Assembly (NCBI GenBank): GCA_016699695.1
Contig: CP065006.1
Span: 3,229,435 to 3,293,434, forward strand
Source of the DNA: Bacteroidota bacterium
GTDB lineage: Bacteria; Bacteroidota; Bacteroidia; Bacteroidales; UBA10428
Direction: 5' to 3'
DNA length: 64,000 nt
Program-made: the position numbers and the translations under genes
Shown here: positions 25,161 to 33,588 of the stretch, piece by piece
Layout: each line of letters starts with the position of its first letter
Position numbering within the stretch: the stretch's first letter is position 1
Notes under the pieces: generated by a model
What the model saw: only the letters and a program-made list of their open reading frames with translations
What the model was told of the DNA's origin: nothing
Database searches by the model: none

Positions 25161-28100
25161 TTAACCAAGCGAATGCTCTTTTCTTGGCAACGTGAAAGAG
25201 AATGTAGTTCCCTTTCCCAGTTCACTATCGACCATTAACTCGCCTTGGTTTTTTTCAATAAACTCTTTGCAGATTATTAAACCTAAGCCAGTACCGTTTT
25301 CGCCTGCGGTACCGGTGGTAGAGAAATATTCGTCGATTCGGAAAAGTTTTTTGATATTTTCCTGCGATATTCCAATTCCGGTATCTCTTATTGCAATCAG
25401 GCATTTATCCTGCGAGATATCTGAGCAACTAATCGTGACAATTCCATTGTTTGCTGTAAATTTTATAGCATTACTCACAAGGTTACGAATAATAAGATTT
25501 ACCATATTGAAATCGGCCCATGCCTTTCCACTGCATTCCATTTTTGTTTTGATGGCAATGCTTTTTTTCTCAGCATTGCCAGTACTTAGAATAACAATCT
25601 GTTGAATTATTTCGTGCAATTGTATGTGGTCTGGTGTATACTTGATACGCTCAGTTTGGGTGCGAGCCCATTGAAGGAGATTCTCTAGCAGGTTATATGC
25701 ACTCTCTGAAGAAGTTTTAATCATACCCAAGAGATCAAGGCGCTGTTTCTCTTCAAAATCTTCAAAATTCCGCATGAGCAATTCCGAGAAGCCAAAAATG
25801 GCCTGGAATGGATTTTTTAAATCATGGGCAATTATAGAAAAGAATTTATTTTTTGTTGCATTTAGTTCCTCCAGTCGGGCATTTGTTTTTTTCAAGATAT
25901 CAGACTGCCGGTTTAACTCTTCGGCCTGTATCTGAATTTTTTCCTGCCTTTCCTCCAGTAATGTATTTACTTCTTTCAAACTTTCCGCTTGCTCAATTAA
26001 TTGCTTTTCAGTGTTTTTTTGCTTAGTAATATCCCGGCCAATGCCCACAATACCCATAATTTTACCATCGACATCTTTAAAAGGTACTTTGGTTGTTGAA
26101 ACTACTTTTTCCCTTCTTTCTTCATCAAAGCCAATTTCTTCTTTGTTAATCATGGCTTTACCCGTGCGCATAATCCTAACCTCGTCGTTGAAGTATTCTT
26201 GGGCTGCTTCTTTTGAAGGTGCAAGGTCAAAATCGGTTTTCCCAATGATATCGTCAAGGTTGTCGGTTTGCATAGTATCGAGCATTCGCTTATTCACAGT
26301 AATAAAGCGGCTTTCGGCATCTTTTATATAGATAAAGTCAGGCATGTTATCGATCAGGGTACGTAAAAGCGAACGTTCCTTTTCAATCATTTTATTTTGT
26401 TCTTCCAGCCATTCCGATTGTTTAAGTATTTCTTCCGAACGTTCCTCCAGCAATTGGTTGACTTCTTTAAGGTCTTCGGCTTGCTGTTCGAGCTGCTGTT
26501 GGTAATTTTTAAGTTCGGTGATGTCTTTTGTAATACCAACCAGTCCTAATATTCGCCCATCTTCGTCGAAATAGGGTACCTTGGTTACCGTCCGGAATAT
26601 CTTTTCTCCATCGTCAAGAACACGCAATTCTTCTTTGTTTATTACTGCCTTTTTTTGTGCAATAATTTGTTTTTCCAATTCGATGAACCTTTGCGCCTGG
26701 TCCTTTGGATAGAAGTCAAGATCGCTTTTTCCTTCAAGTTCATAGGACGAGTTAATTCCAAGTTTTTCCATCAGTGACTTGTTGGCCAGTACAAAGCGGC
26801 TTTGGGTGTCTTTGATGTAAATAGAATCGGGGATATTGTCGATAAGCACTCTTAGGAGGTTTCTTTCGTTTTCAACTATTTTATTCTGGGTTGCCAGTTC
26901 TGAGGATTGCTGTTGAATTTCTTCCTGACGTTCTTCTAGTACTACATTCACCTCTTTGAGGTAATCGGCCTGCTCCTGTAGTTTGATTTCGGTTTCTTTC
27001 AGAGATGTAATGTCTTTTCCAATTCCTACAATACCTTCTATTTCCCCATCGGCATTTCTGTATGGCACTTTGCTTGTTAGCAAATACATGAGGTTCCCGT
27101 TTTTATCCAGACTAGTTTCCTCAATGCCAATCATTGGGCTGCCTTTCGAAATAATCCGCTGATCGTCGGAAAAAAATTTCTTGGCCATTTCTTTCGGATA
27201 GATGTCAAAATCAGATTTTCCTTTAATTTCTTCCTCCGAAGCGATGTTCAAGGAATCGAGCATGTACTGATTGGCTGTAATAAAGGTGCTGTTTTTATCT
27301 TTGATGTAAACAAAATCAGGCAGGTTGTCGATCAGGGTGCGCAGCAGTTTTCGCTCACTTTCCAGTATTTTATTTTGTTCGCCTAATTCATCGGCCTGTT
27401 GGTTAATTTCTTCCTGTCTTTCTTCGAGCAATACATTAACCTCTTGCAGGTTTTGTGCCTGTTCAATTAACTTTTCTTCAGTTTCCTTAAGCTTGGTAAT
27501 ATCACGGCCAATGCCTACCAATCCTAGAATTTTTCCGTTTTCATCTTTAAATGGCACTTTAGTTGTAGAGCGAACCCTGATATTTCCTTCTTTGTCGAAG
27601 CCTATTTCTTCTTTATTAATCACCGACTGGCCGGTGTCCATTATAAATTTATCGTCCTTATAAAAGATATCAGCAATTTCTTTTGGATAGTAATCGAAAT
27701 CGGATTTTCCGAGAATTTCACTTCTCGATTTGGCTTTGGTAATCTCAATCTGTGCGATATTGGCATCTAAAAAGCAACATTCGCTATCTTTTATATAGAT
27801 GGCATCCGGCATATTATCTATCAAGGTACGTAGCAAAAGTCTTTCTTTTTCAATTTCCTCATTTTTCTGTGTCAACAACTCGTTGTAAAGATTTTGCTGA
27901 GTAGTGTCAGAAATTATTCCTAAAAGGCCTATTAATTTGCCATTTCTATTTTTAAGAGGGTATTTTCTTGTAACTGTGAATTTGAGTATTCCGTTGTTCT
28001 CGCTTCGCTGTTCCCGAAGCAATTCAGGCACATCATTGTATAGTATTTGCTGGTCTTCGTAATTGTATTTGGCAGCAATACTTTCTTCGTAAAGGTCCGA

Positions 28101-28403
28101 ATCGTGCTTACCTATTAATTCTTTCGGTGATGATTTTTTCAGTAAGCTGGCAAACTTTTCGTTTACCACGATATACTTTCCATAGGGGTCCTTAATAAAA
28201 ATGCTATCGGGAAGGTTGTTTAATAAGGTAATGAAGGGTACTGTTTCCTCGGGATTCAATTCGCTAAGGTCGCGTAGAATGCCCATTGGACCTTTGAAAT
28301 ATTTTAAATACAAGTAAATTCCAAGTGCTGTAATCAGCGCACCTGTCATAAAAGGAATAACGAATTGAAAGCTCAGGGTTGAAAAATAGGTAAGTGAAAT
28401 CAC
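25161..28403 (-). CDS. membrane-anchored multi-PAS sensor histidine kinase
   Basis: 1080-aa ORF with an N-terminal TM helix and five PAS modules separated by coiled-coil linkers. It then has H-box FFSIIAHDLKNPFQAI, N-box LVSNAIKFT, G1 IRDTGIGI and G2 GTGLGLIICKEF. Confidence 0.9.
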   Translation of the reverse strand: MISLTYFSTLSFQFVIPFMTGALITALGIYLYLKYFKGPMGILRDLSELNPEETVPFITLLNNLPDSIFIKDPYGKYIVVNEKFASLLKKSSPKELIGKHDSDLYEESIAAKYNYEDQQILYNDVPELLREQRSENNGILKFTVTRKYPLKNRNGKLIGLLGIISDTTQQNLYNELLTQKNEEIEKERLLLRTLIDNMPDAIYIKDSECCFLDANIAQIEITKAKSRSEILGKSDFDYYPKEIADIFYKDDKFIMDTGQSVINKEEIGFDKEGNIRVRSTTKVPFKDENGKILGLVGIGRDITKLKETEEKLIEQAQNLQEVNVLLEERQEEINQQADELGEQNKILESERKLLRTLIDNLPDFVYIKDKNSTFITANQYMLDSLNIASEEEIKGKSDFDIYPKEMAKKFFSDDQRIISKGSPMIGIEETSLDKNGNLMYLLTSKVPYRNADGEIEGIVGIGKDITSLKETEIKLQEQADYLKEVNVVLEERQEEIQQQSSELATQNKIVENERNLLRVLIDNIPDSIYIKDTQSRFVLANKSLMEKLGINSSYELEGKSDLDFYPKDQAQRFIELEKQIIAQKKAVINKEELRVLDDGEKIFRTVTKVPYFDEDGRILGLVGITKDITELKNYQQQLEQQAEDLKEVNQLLEERSEEILKQSEWLEEQNKMIEKERSLLRTLIDNMPDFIYIKDAESRFITVNKRMLDTMQTDNLDDIIGKTDFDLAPSKEAAQEYFNDEVRIMRTGKAMINKEEIGFDEERREKVVSTTKVPFKDVDGKIMGIVGIGRDITKQKNTEKQLIEQAESLKEVNTLLEERQEKIQIQAEELNRQSDILKKTNARLEELNATKNKFFSIIAHDLKNPFQAIFGFSELLMRNFEDFEEKQRLDLLGMIKTSSESAYNLLENLLQWARTQTERIKYTPDHIQLHEIIQQIVILSTGNAEKKSIAIKTKMECSGKAWADFNMVNLIIRNLVSNAIKFTANNGIVTISCSDISQDKCLIAIRDTGIGISQENIKKLFRIDEYFSTTGTAGENGTGLGLIICKEFIEKNQGELMVDSELGKGTTFSFTLPRKEHSLG
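25886..27845 (-). repeat. intragenic tandem array of four roughly 490-nt PAS plus coiled-coil modules
   Basis: Protein repeats begin at about aa 187, 351, 514 and 677 with ER(L/K/N/S)LLR(T/V)LIDN(M/L/I)PD..YIKD. Each ends in (E/D)IT.LK..E..L.EQA..L.EVN.LLEER.EEI. The units are also recognisably similar at DNA level. Confidence 0.8.
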
Positions 28404-28615
28404 AGGAATTATTATTAGTTGGATCAGGTTTTCGTAAGTCTACATACGTATTTATCAGAAAATTGTTTTTTCTTTCGTGGTATTTTGTTTTAACTTTTCA
28501 TGCGAAGGATTAGAGTAGTTGTTTTAGATTGAAAAGAACCCATTAGGTATCACAAAGCCTAATATGTTTAGTTTTATTAAACAAAGCTTAATTTATTATA
28601 AATTTTACAATATCC

Positions 28616-29089
28616 ATGAGTCTCATGCAAGAAATTTTCGGTTCGGCATTCGAACTGTACGGTTTTTTAAGTCAGAAATCGAAATCGAGAAACGCCACTA
28701 AGCGCATGCTCCTGCGCGAGATCCGGAACAATATAAAACGACTGGAGCATCGAAATCGCAAAGGGGTGAATAGACACATACTTATTCAAAAACTGGAAAA
28801 TGCCAGTTTGATTGCTGCCTTGGATCAAGATTTTTCTTTTAATAAACTATGCCCGGGGCAAAAAGTGAATCCGGCGATGCTCACTCAATTTGCTCCTGCG
28901 GAAAAGTATGCCGGATGGGATGCTAACCGTTTGATGAATAGCATTGACGAAAAGATAGTTCAGCTTAAAGAACTTTCGGAATTGTATTCCCCCGAAGGAA
29001 TTAAAGCCATTAACCTGACTCAAAGGTTAAACAACCTTTTTGCACAGCTATTACTCGTATCGGTGCTTATTAAGCAGGCTGAGTCATAA
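28616..29089 (+). CDS. hypothetical protein
   Basis: 157-aa ORF that is basic and helical (RMLLREIRNNIKRLEHRNRKGVNRH). No family was recognised and there is no signal peptide. Confidence 0.45.
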   Translation: MSLMQEIFGSAFELYGFLSQKSKSRNATKRMLLREIRNNIKRLEHRNRKGVNRHILIQKLENASLIAALDQDFSFNKLCPGQKVNPAMLTQFAPAEKYAGWDANRLMNSIDEKIVQLKELSELYSPEGIKAINLTQRLNNLFAQLLLVSVLIKQAES

Positions 29090-29170
29090 TTTTGGTACTA
29101 TTGGGATTGTTTGACTGTGTGTGAAACACATTTGATTAATTATAGAATAATAACTTCAATCAATTTTAGC

Positions 29171-30301
29171 ATGAAAATTATTGCCGATAAAGATATTCCA
29201 TTTCTTTTCGGAGTATTCGAGCCTTTTTGCGATATAGAGTATTTTCACCATTCCAAAATAAATAACCAGATCGTACTTGGGGCGGATGTGCTTATCATTC
29301 GAACCCGCACAATTTGTAACGCAGAACTTCTGAAAGGGTCTAAGGTAAAATTCATTGCAAGTGCCACTATAGGTTTTGATCACATTGATGTGGACTATTG
29401 CAAAAAAGAAGGCATTAGTTGGAAGAATTCCCCAGGCTGCAATTCCGGGGCTGTAAAGCAATGGTTTATGTCGGCTATTTTTGCTCTGATTGCGAAACAA
29501 AACATGAATATCAGAGATATTACCCTTGGAGTGGTAGGGGTGGGACATGTAGGTAGTAAGGTGGCCAGTTTTGCCGAAGCAATTGGTCTTCGAGTATTAT
29601 TGAACGACCCACCACGCGAAAGGGTTGAGGGCAATTGCAACTTTCGGGTAATGCAATCCATAATTCGCGAGTGCAATCTAATAAGTTTTCATGTGCCATT
29701 AATCCACAACGGACCAGATAAAACTTTTCATCTGGTGAATCAGTCGTTTATTGAATCTTTGCAGCCAGGCACAATGCTTATCAACTGCTCACGCGGCGAA
29801 GTGATAGATACCAATGCTTTTTTATCGGTTGGAAAAAAGAAAAAGCTAAAAGCTGTACTCGATGTGTTCGAAAACGAGCCAAGCATCTCTCAGGAACTTG
29901 CTAGCATGGCCTCGATTATAACCCCACATATAGCAGGCTATTCGATAGAAGGAAAGGCAAATGCTACGACGCAGGTGGTACAAAGGGTGGCAGAATATTT
30001 AGAGATTCCACTCAATGATTGGCAGCCAGATTATGAATTGCCCGGGTACCTAAACCAGTTGGTGGTTGATGCTAAAAACAAAGAAAATGACGAAGTTATG
30101 GCAGAGGTTATTTGTCGCACCTATGCCGTTGAGAAGGATGATGCTTTGTTGAGGAAAAATTTGAATAATTTTGAGAATATACGCTCCAGTTATGTCTATC
30201 GATATGAGCCACAGGATTGGACAATTGGTTTATTGAATGGTGGAGCCGAAATTATTCAGAGCCTAAAGGCAATTGGCTTTCAAGTAAAGGCAGTTGGCTA
30301 G
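29171..30301 (+). CDS. pdxB: erythronate-4-phosphate dehydrogenase
   Basis: MKIIADKDIPFLFGVFEPF... is the typical PdxB N-terminus. It has the NAD-binding GVVGVGHVGSKV, the catalytic region INCSRGEVID and HIAGYS. The ATG at 29171 is preferred over the extended track start at 29111. Confidence 0.85.
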   Translation: MKIIADKDIPFLFGVFEPFCDIEYFHHSKINNQIVLGADVLIIRTRTICNAELLKGSKVKFIASATIGFDHIDVDYCKKEGISWKNSPGCNSGAVKQWFMSAIFALIAKQNMNIRDITLGVVGVGHVGSKVASFAEAIGLRVLLNDPPRERVEGNCNFRVMQSIIRECNLISFHVPLIHNGPDKTFHLVNQSFIESLQPGTMLINCSRGEVIDTNAFLSVGKKKKLKAVLDVFENEPSISQELASMASIITPHIAGYSIEGKANATTQVVQRVAEYLEIPLNDWQPDYELPGYLNQLVVDAKNKENDEVMAEVICRTYAVEKDDALLRKNLNNFENIRSSYVYRYEPQDWTIGLLNGGAEIIQSLKAIGFQVKAVG

Positions 30302-30576
30302 TGCCAATGTGGATTCTCTAGTTGAAGCTTTTGAGCCATTCTTAAAAAGTGGGCTTTGTATTTTATGAAGTGATTGCCTTTTTCAAATTCCCAATACACA
30401 TTGTGTGCTTTGTGGATTTTACCTATGCATGATTCAAAAATCAAAATATAACTTATCCCTGTAATTTTTTCGGCCTGGAGAATGGAATTAAATCGAATGC
30501 TTTTATCTGCAAAGTGACCAATAACCGGGATGTTATATCTTCTTTTGGCTCTTTTCTCAGCGACGGTTTGTGCCAT
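30298..30576 (-). CDS. small NUMOD1-like DNA-binding domain protein (orphan)
   Basis: 92-aa ORF. VIGHFADKSIRFNSILQAEKITGISYILIFESCIGKIHKAHNVYWEF resembles the NUMOD1/IENR-type helix-turn-helix module of homing endonucleases and phage proteins. Its stop codon overlaps the pdxB stop within CTAG. Confidence 0.45.
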   Translation of the reverse strand: MAQTVAEKRAKRRYNIPVIGHFADKSIRFNSILQAEKITGISYILIFESCIGKIHKAHNVYWEFEKGNHFIKYKAHFLRMAQKLQLENPHWH

Positions 30577-30744
30577 AGGTAAAAATTTGGTTGGTAGAAT
30601 GTTGAAATAATATTGGAAGTTTCAATAAAAATACAATAAAAAATCAATTATAAGCAAACGGGCTATTTTTGGTATATTAACTTTTTCCTTTTCATGCTCA
30701 ATTCCTCTTTTTTAGTTTCTTGGGATATTTAGCTTTTACCGTGA

Positions 30745-32082
30745 TTATTTGGAGTTAGTCATTTGTTTTGGTTGACCAGTTGTTTCAAGCACATTCGACC
30801 AGAGTTCGCCCTCAATAGAAATTCTTTTGCGGGTTCTTACAGCGGTGTGTATCGGTATGGTTGTAAACTGCGAATTCCAATAACCCACAACAAATCCAGT
30901 GCGGCCAGCCATGGCTGCATGAACGGCATTTTGAGCCAAAAGGTTGCAAAACAGGCTGTCGTTGGCATTGGCCTCTGCACTGCGAATGATATAACTTGGG
31001 TCGATGTATTTTAAGGTAAAGGGAAAATTGATGGATTTGAAATTTTCTTCAATTTTTTCTTTCAGGAGTATACCAATGTCCTGATATTTTATATTTCCCG
31101 ACTTGTCTCGTTCCATGTCTTTCTTGTCAAATAAATTCTGTCCGGCACCTTCAGCCACGGCAATGAGAGCATGTTGTTTACGCTCCAGTCGACGTTTTAA
31201 TATGCTAAGAAATCCATTGGGCCCTTCGAGTTCTATTTCCATTTCCGGAATAATCACAAAATTTACCTCTTGAACCGCAAGCGAGGCATTGGCGGCAATA
31301 AACCCTGAATCGCGTCCCATAAGTTTTACCAGGGCAATTCCATTAAAAGCTCCTTTGGCTTCGTTGTGGGCACCTCGTAGTATTCTTGAGGCTACTGTAA
31401 AGGAGGTTTCGAAACCAAATGACTTTTCGATAAAATTGATATCATTGTCAATGGTTTTGGGTATTCCTGCAACGGAAATTTTAAGCCCTCGTTTAGTAAT
31501 TTCCTCTTTAATGGCATTGGCACCTCGCAGGGTCCCATCTCCACCTATGGCAAAAAGGATATTTACATTCATTCTTTCAAGGGCATCTACAATTTCTTCT
31601 ACATTCTGATCTCCCCGTGATGAACCTAGTATCGAGCCTCCCTGGTTATGAATATCTTCCACCAATTGTGGGTTTAATTCGATAATATCGTGGTTGTATT
31701 TAGGAATAAAACCCTCGTAACCATAACGTATTCCAATGGTTCTGGTAACTTTATAACGGCTATGCAGCTGCATTATGATACCCCTGATTACATTGTTTAA
31801 TCCGGGACATAATCCACCGCAGGTTACTATAGCAGCTCGAATTTTCGATGGGTCATAGTAAATAAACTCTTTTGGTCCTGCTTTTTCGAAAGTAATAGGT
31901 TCAATGCCATTTTGTTGATGTTCCTGAAAGCTTCTTAAGGAACTATCGAAAAGTACCCTCTCTTTATCGTCGATGTAATTGAATACATTGTCATCGTACT
32001 TTTTTGATAAATCAAGCGGCGAAGGAATTTTACAAGAGCCTAACCTTTCCACTAAAAAATCAGAGGCCAGAAAATTTTCCAT
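30745..32082 (-). CDS. pfkA: 6-phosphofructokinase (long form; ATP- or PPi-dependent not resolved)
   Basis: 445-aa ORF with GGLCPGLNNVIRG, GGDGTLRGA, GIPKTIDNDI and MGRDSGFIA motifs. Confidence 0.85.
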   Translation of the reverse strand: MENFLASDFLVERLGSCKIPSPLDLSKKYDDNVFNYIDDKERVLFDSSLRSFQEHQQNGIEPITFEKAGPKEFIYYDPSKIRAAIVTCGGLCPGLNNVIRGIIMQLHSRYKVTRTIGIRYGYEGFIPKYNHDIIELNPQLVEDIHNQGGSILGSSRGDQNVEEIVDALERMNVNILFAIGGDGTLRGANAIKEEITKRGLKISVAGIPKTIDNDINFIEKSFGFETSFTVASRILRGAHNEAKGAFNGIALVKLMGRDSGFIAANASLAVQEVNFVIIPEMEIELEGPNGFLSILKRRLERKQHALIAVAEGAGQNLFDKKDMERDKSGNIKYQDIGILLKEKIEENFKSINFPFTLKYIDPSYIIRSAEANANDSLFCNLLAQNAVHAAMAGRTGFVVGYWNSQFTTIPIHTAVRTRKRISIEGELWSNVLETTGQPKQMTNSK

Positions 32083-32102
32083 GAGTTCTTTTTAAGTAAA
32101 CA

Positions 32103-32110
32103 CAAATATA
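32103..32110 (-). promoter_or_regulatory. Bacteroidota sigma-A -7 box (TAnnTTTG)
   Basis: The minus strand reads TATATTTG, 20 nt upstream of the pfk start at 32082. Confidence 0.5.
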
Positions 32111-32141
32111 AAAAATGCTCGTTGTCGGTTGCTGAAATATT

Positions 32142-33215
32142 CTATTTTTTAAGCAATCGTTCTATGATAATACTGTATTTCTCTGAAATATGGCTCCATT
32201 GATACTCTTCTATAGCAATATTCTTGGCCTTTTGGGTTAATGCTGTGTTGGGCAATGGGTTTTTCTCCCGGTGCCTTAACAGTTCGTCGGCACTACAAAA
32301 GAACAAGGCTGCTTCTTGCGTAGTTGCAAGGTTAAACTCATTGCGATGACACAGCAAAGGTTTGTTGAGCCACATGGCTGCGGTAAGGGTTGGATTCGTG
32401 CCTCCTGCACTGTGTCCGTGAATATAACCTTTGCAAGCATTCAGGTGTTTTTCGAGAAAGACTTTGGAGTAATCTGCCTGTAAAAATTGAATATTCTCCA
32501 CATTGCCAAATCGCTCATAAAGCTTTTGTCCATAGGAGGTTTGACTGTAATTGCTAATTAGCTTCCAATGTTCAGTAGGTCTGCCAAGAAACGATTGTGC
32601 AATCATTTCAAGGTTGTTTTCAGGCTCAGCCCGCGCAATGGTAAGCCAATAATCTTCGTTATCAGTTGGGATATCTGAGAGTTCAAACTGGTTGCCACCA
32701 TAAGTGCAAAATTCTAATTTCGCACTAAATTGACGGTAATAGGGAAGGAGCGCTTTGTTATCGATAACAATACTGTCTGCAATTCGGCATAGTAACTGAA
32801 TGGAATAGCGCAGGTATCTGTTTGTAAACCAATTCCATTTCTTTCTTTTCCACTCAAGGCCATCGGGGTGAAAGAGAATTTTTTTCTTTCTGTAGATCAG
32901 TTGAGATAAATACAAAAAAACTCCTGCTCCTCCACCTAAAAGAATTATTATATCGGAACTTTTCAAGGCTTTTCTAAAGCTAATGGCATCGTAAAAGATG
33001 CTTTGTACACCGTTGGCTTTAAATGGAATATAATAGTAACTAAGCGTTTTGTTCCCCGAGATTCTTTCAGGTTTTGAATAAACCGCCTTACTGCAAAATA
33101 CCTTGATGTTGTAATGATGCTGAAGTTGTTTTGATAATTCTTCTACCAAAGTTTCGAACCCTCCATAACGTGCGGGTATACCAACACTTCCGACGAATGA
33201 TATCGTTTTTTTCAT
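32142..33215 (-). CDS. glycosyltransferase with an N-terminal DUF1972-like domain (GT4-like)
   Basis: 357-aa ORF. MKKTISFVGSVGIPARYGGFETLVEELSKQL is the DUF1972 N-terminal pattern, and the C-terminal half is GT1/GT4-like (GHSAGGTNPTL). Confidence 0.7.
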   Translation of the reverse strand: MKKTISFVGSVGIPARYGGFETLVEELSKQLQHHYNIKVFCSKAVYSKPERISGNKTLSYYYIPFKANGVQSIFYDAISFRKALKSSDIIILLGGGAGVFLYLSQLIYRKKKILFHPDGLEWKRKKWNWFTNRYLRYSIQLLCRIADSIVIDNKALLPYYRQFSAKLEFCTYGGNQFELSDIPTDNEDYWLTIARAEPENNLEMIAQSFLGRPTEHWKLISNYSQTSYGQKLYERFGNVENIQFLQADYSKVFLEKHLNACKGYIHGHSAGGTNPTLTAAMWLNKPLLCHRNEFNLATTQEAALFFCSADELLRHREKNPLPNTALTQKAKNIAIEEYQWSHISEKYSIIIERLLKK

Positions 33216-33230
33216 AGATATTTAAAGCTT

Positions 33231-33238
33231 CAAAGTTA
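33231..33238 (-). promoter_or_regulatory. Bacteroidota sigma-A -7 box (TAnnTTTG)
   Basis: The minus strand reads TAACTTTG, 15 nt upstream of the start at 33215. Confidence 0.45.
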
Positions 33239-33588
33239 TTAACATTCCACAATACCCAGATTACTATGCCTGTTAGCCAAAGGAGTTTGAATGTAGAATA
33301 TTTTTCTGTTTAATAAGAGTTACGGTTAACGTTTAATTAAGTTAGAATAAACATTGAATTAACTCTCTGAGGTTCTTGAAGTTCGTGTAATACGCTTATA
33401 ATCAATGTAATAAATAATTTTTATTTTTTTTTGAATTTTAATAAGCTGATAATAAACCAGGTATATTATTATTGAATTTATCAATAGCCAGAGGTCTTTT
33501 TTTTTATCTTTTTTTTCACAAAATTGCTCCTCTGTTTAATTAACAACGCCGTTCAAACTAAAAGCTTTATACCTAATACAATACAACA

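Noticed and set aside
25161-28403. Periodic repeats that at first glance might suggest a CRISPR-like or tandem-repeat array.
   Set aside because: The repeats are about 490 nt long and in frame, and they encode PAS plus coiled-coil modules of one continuous 1080-aa ORF. There is no short repeat/spacer organisation anywhere in the window.
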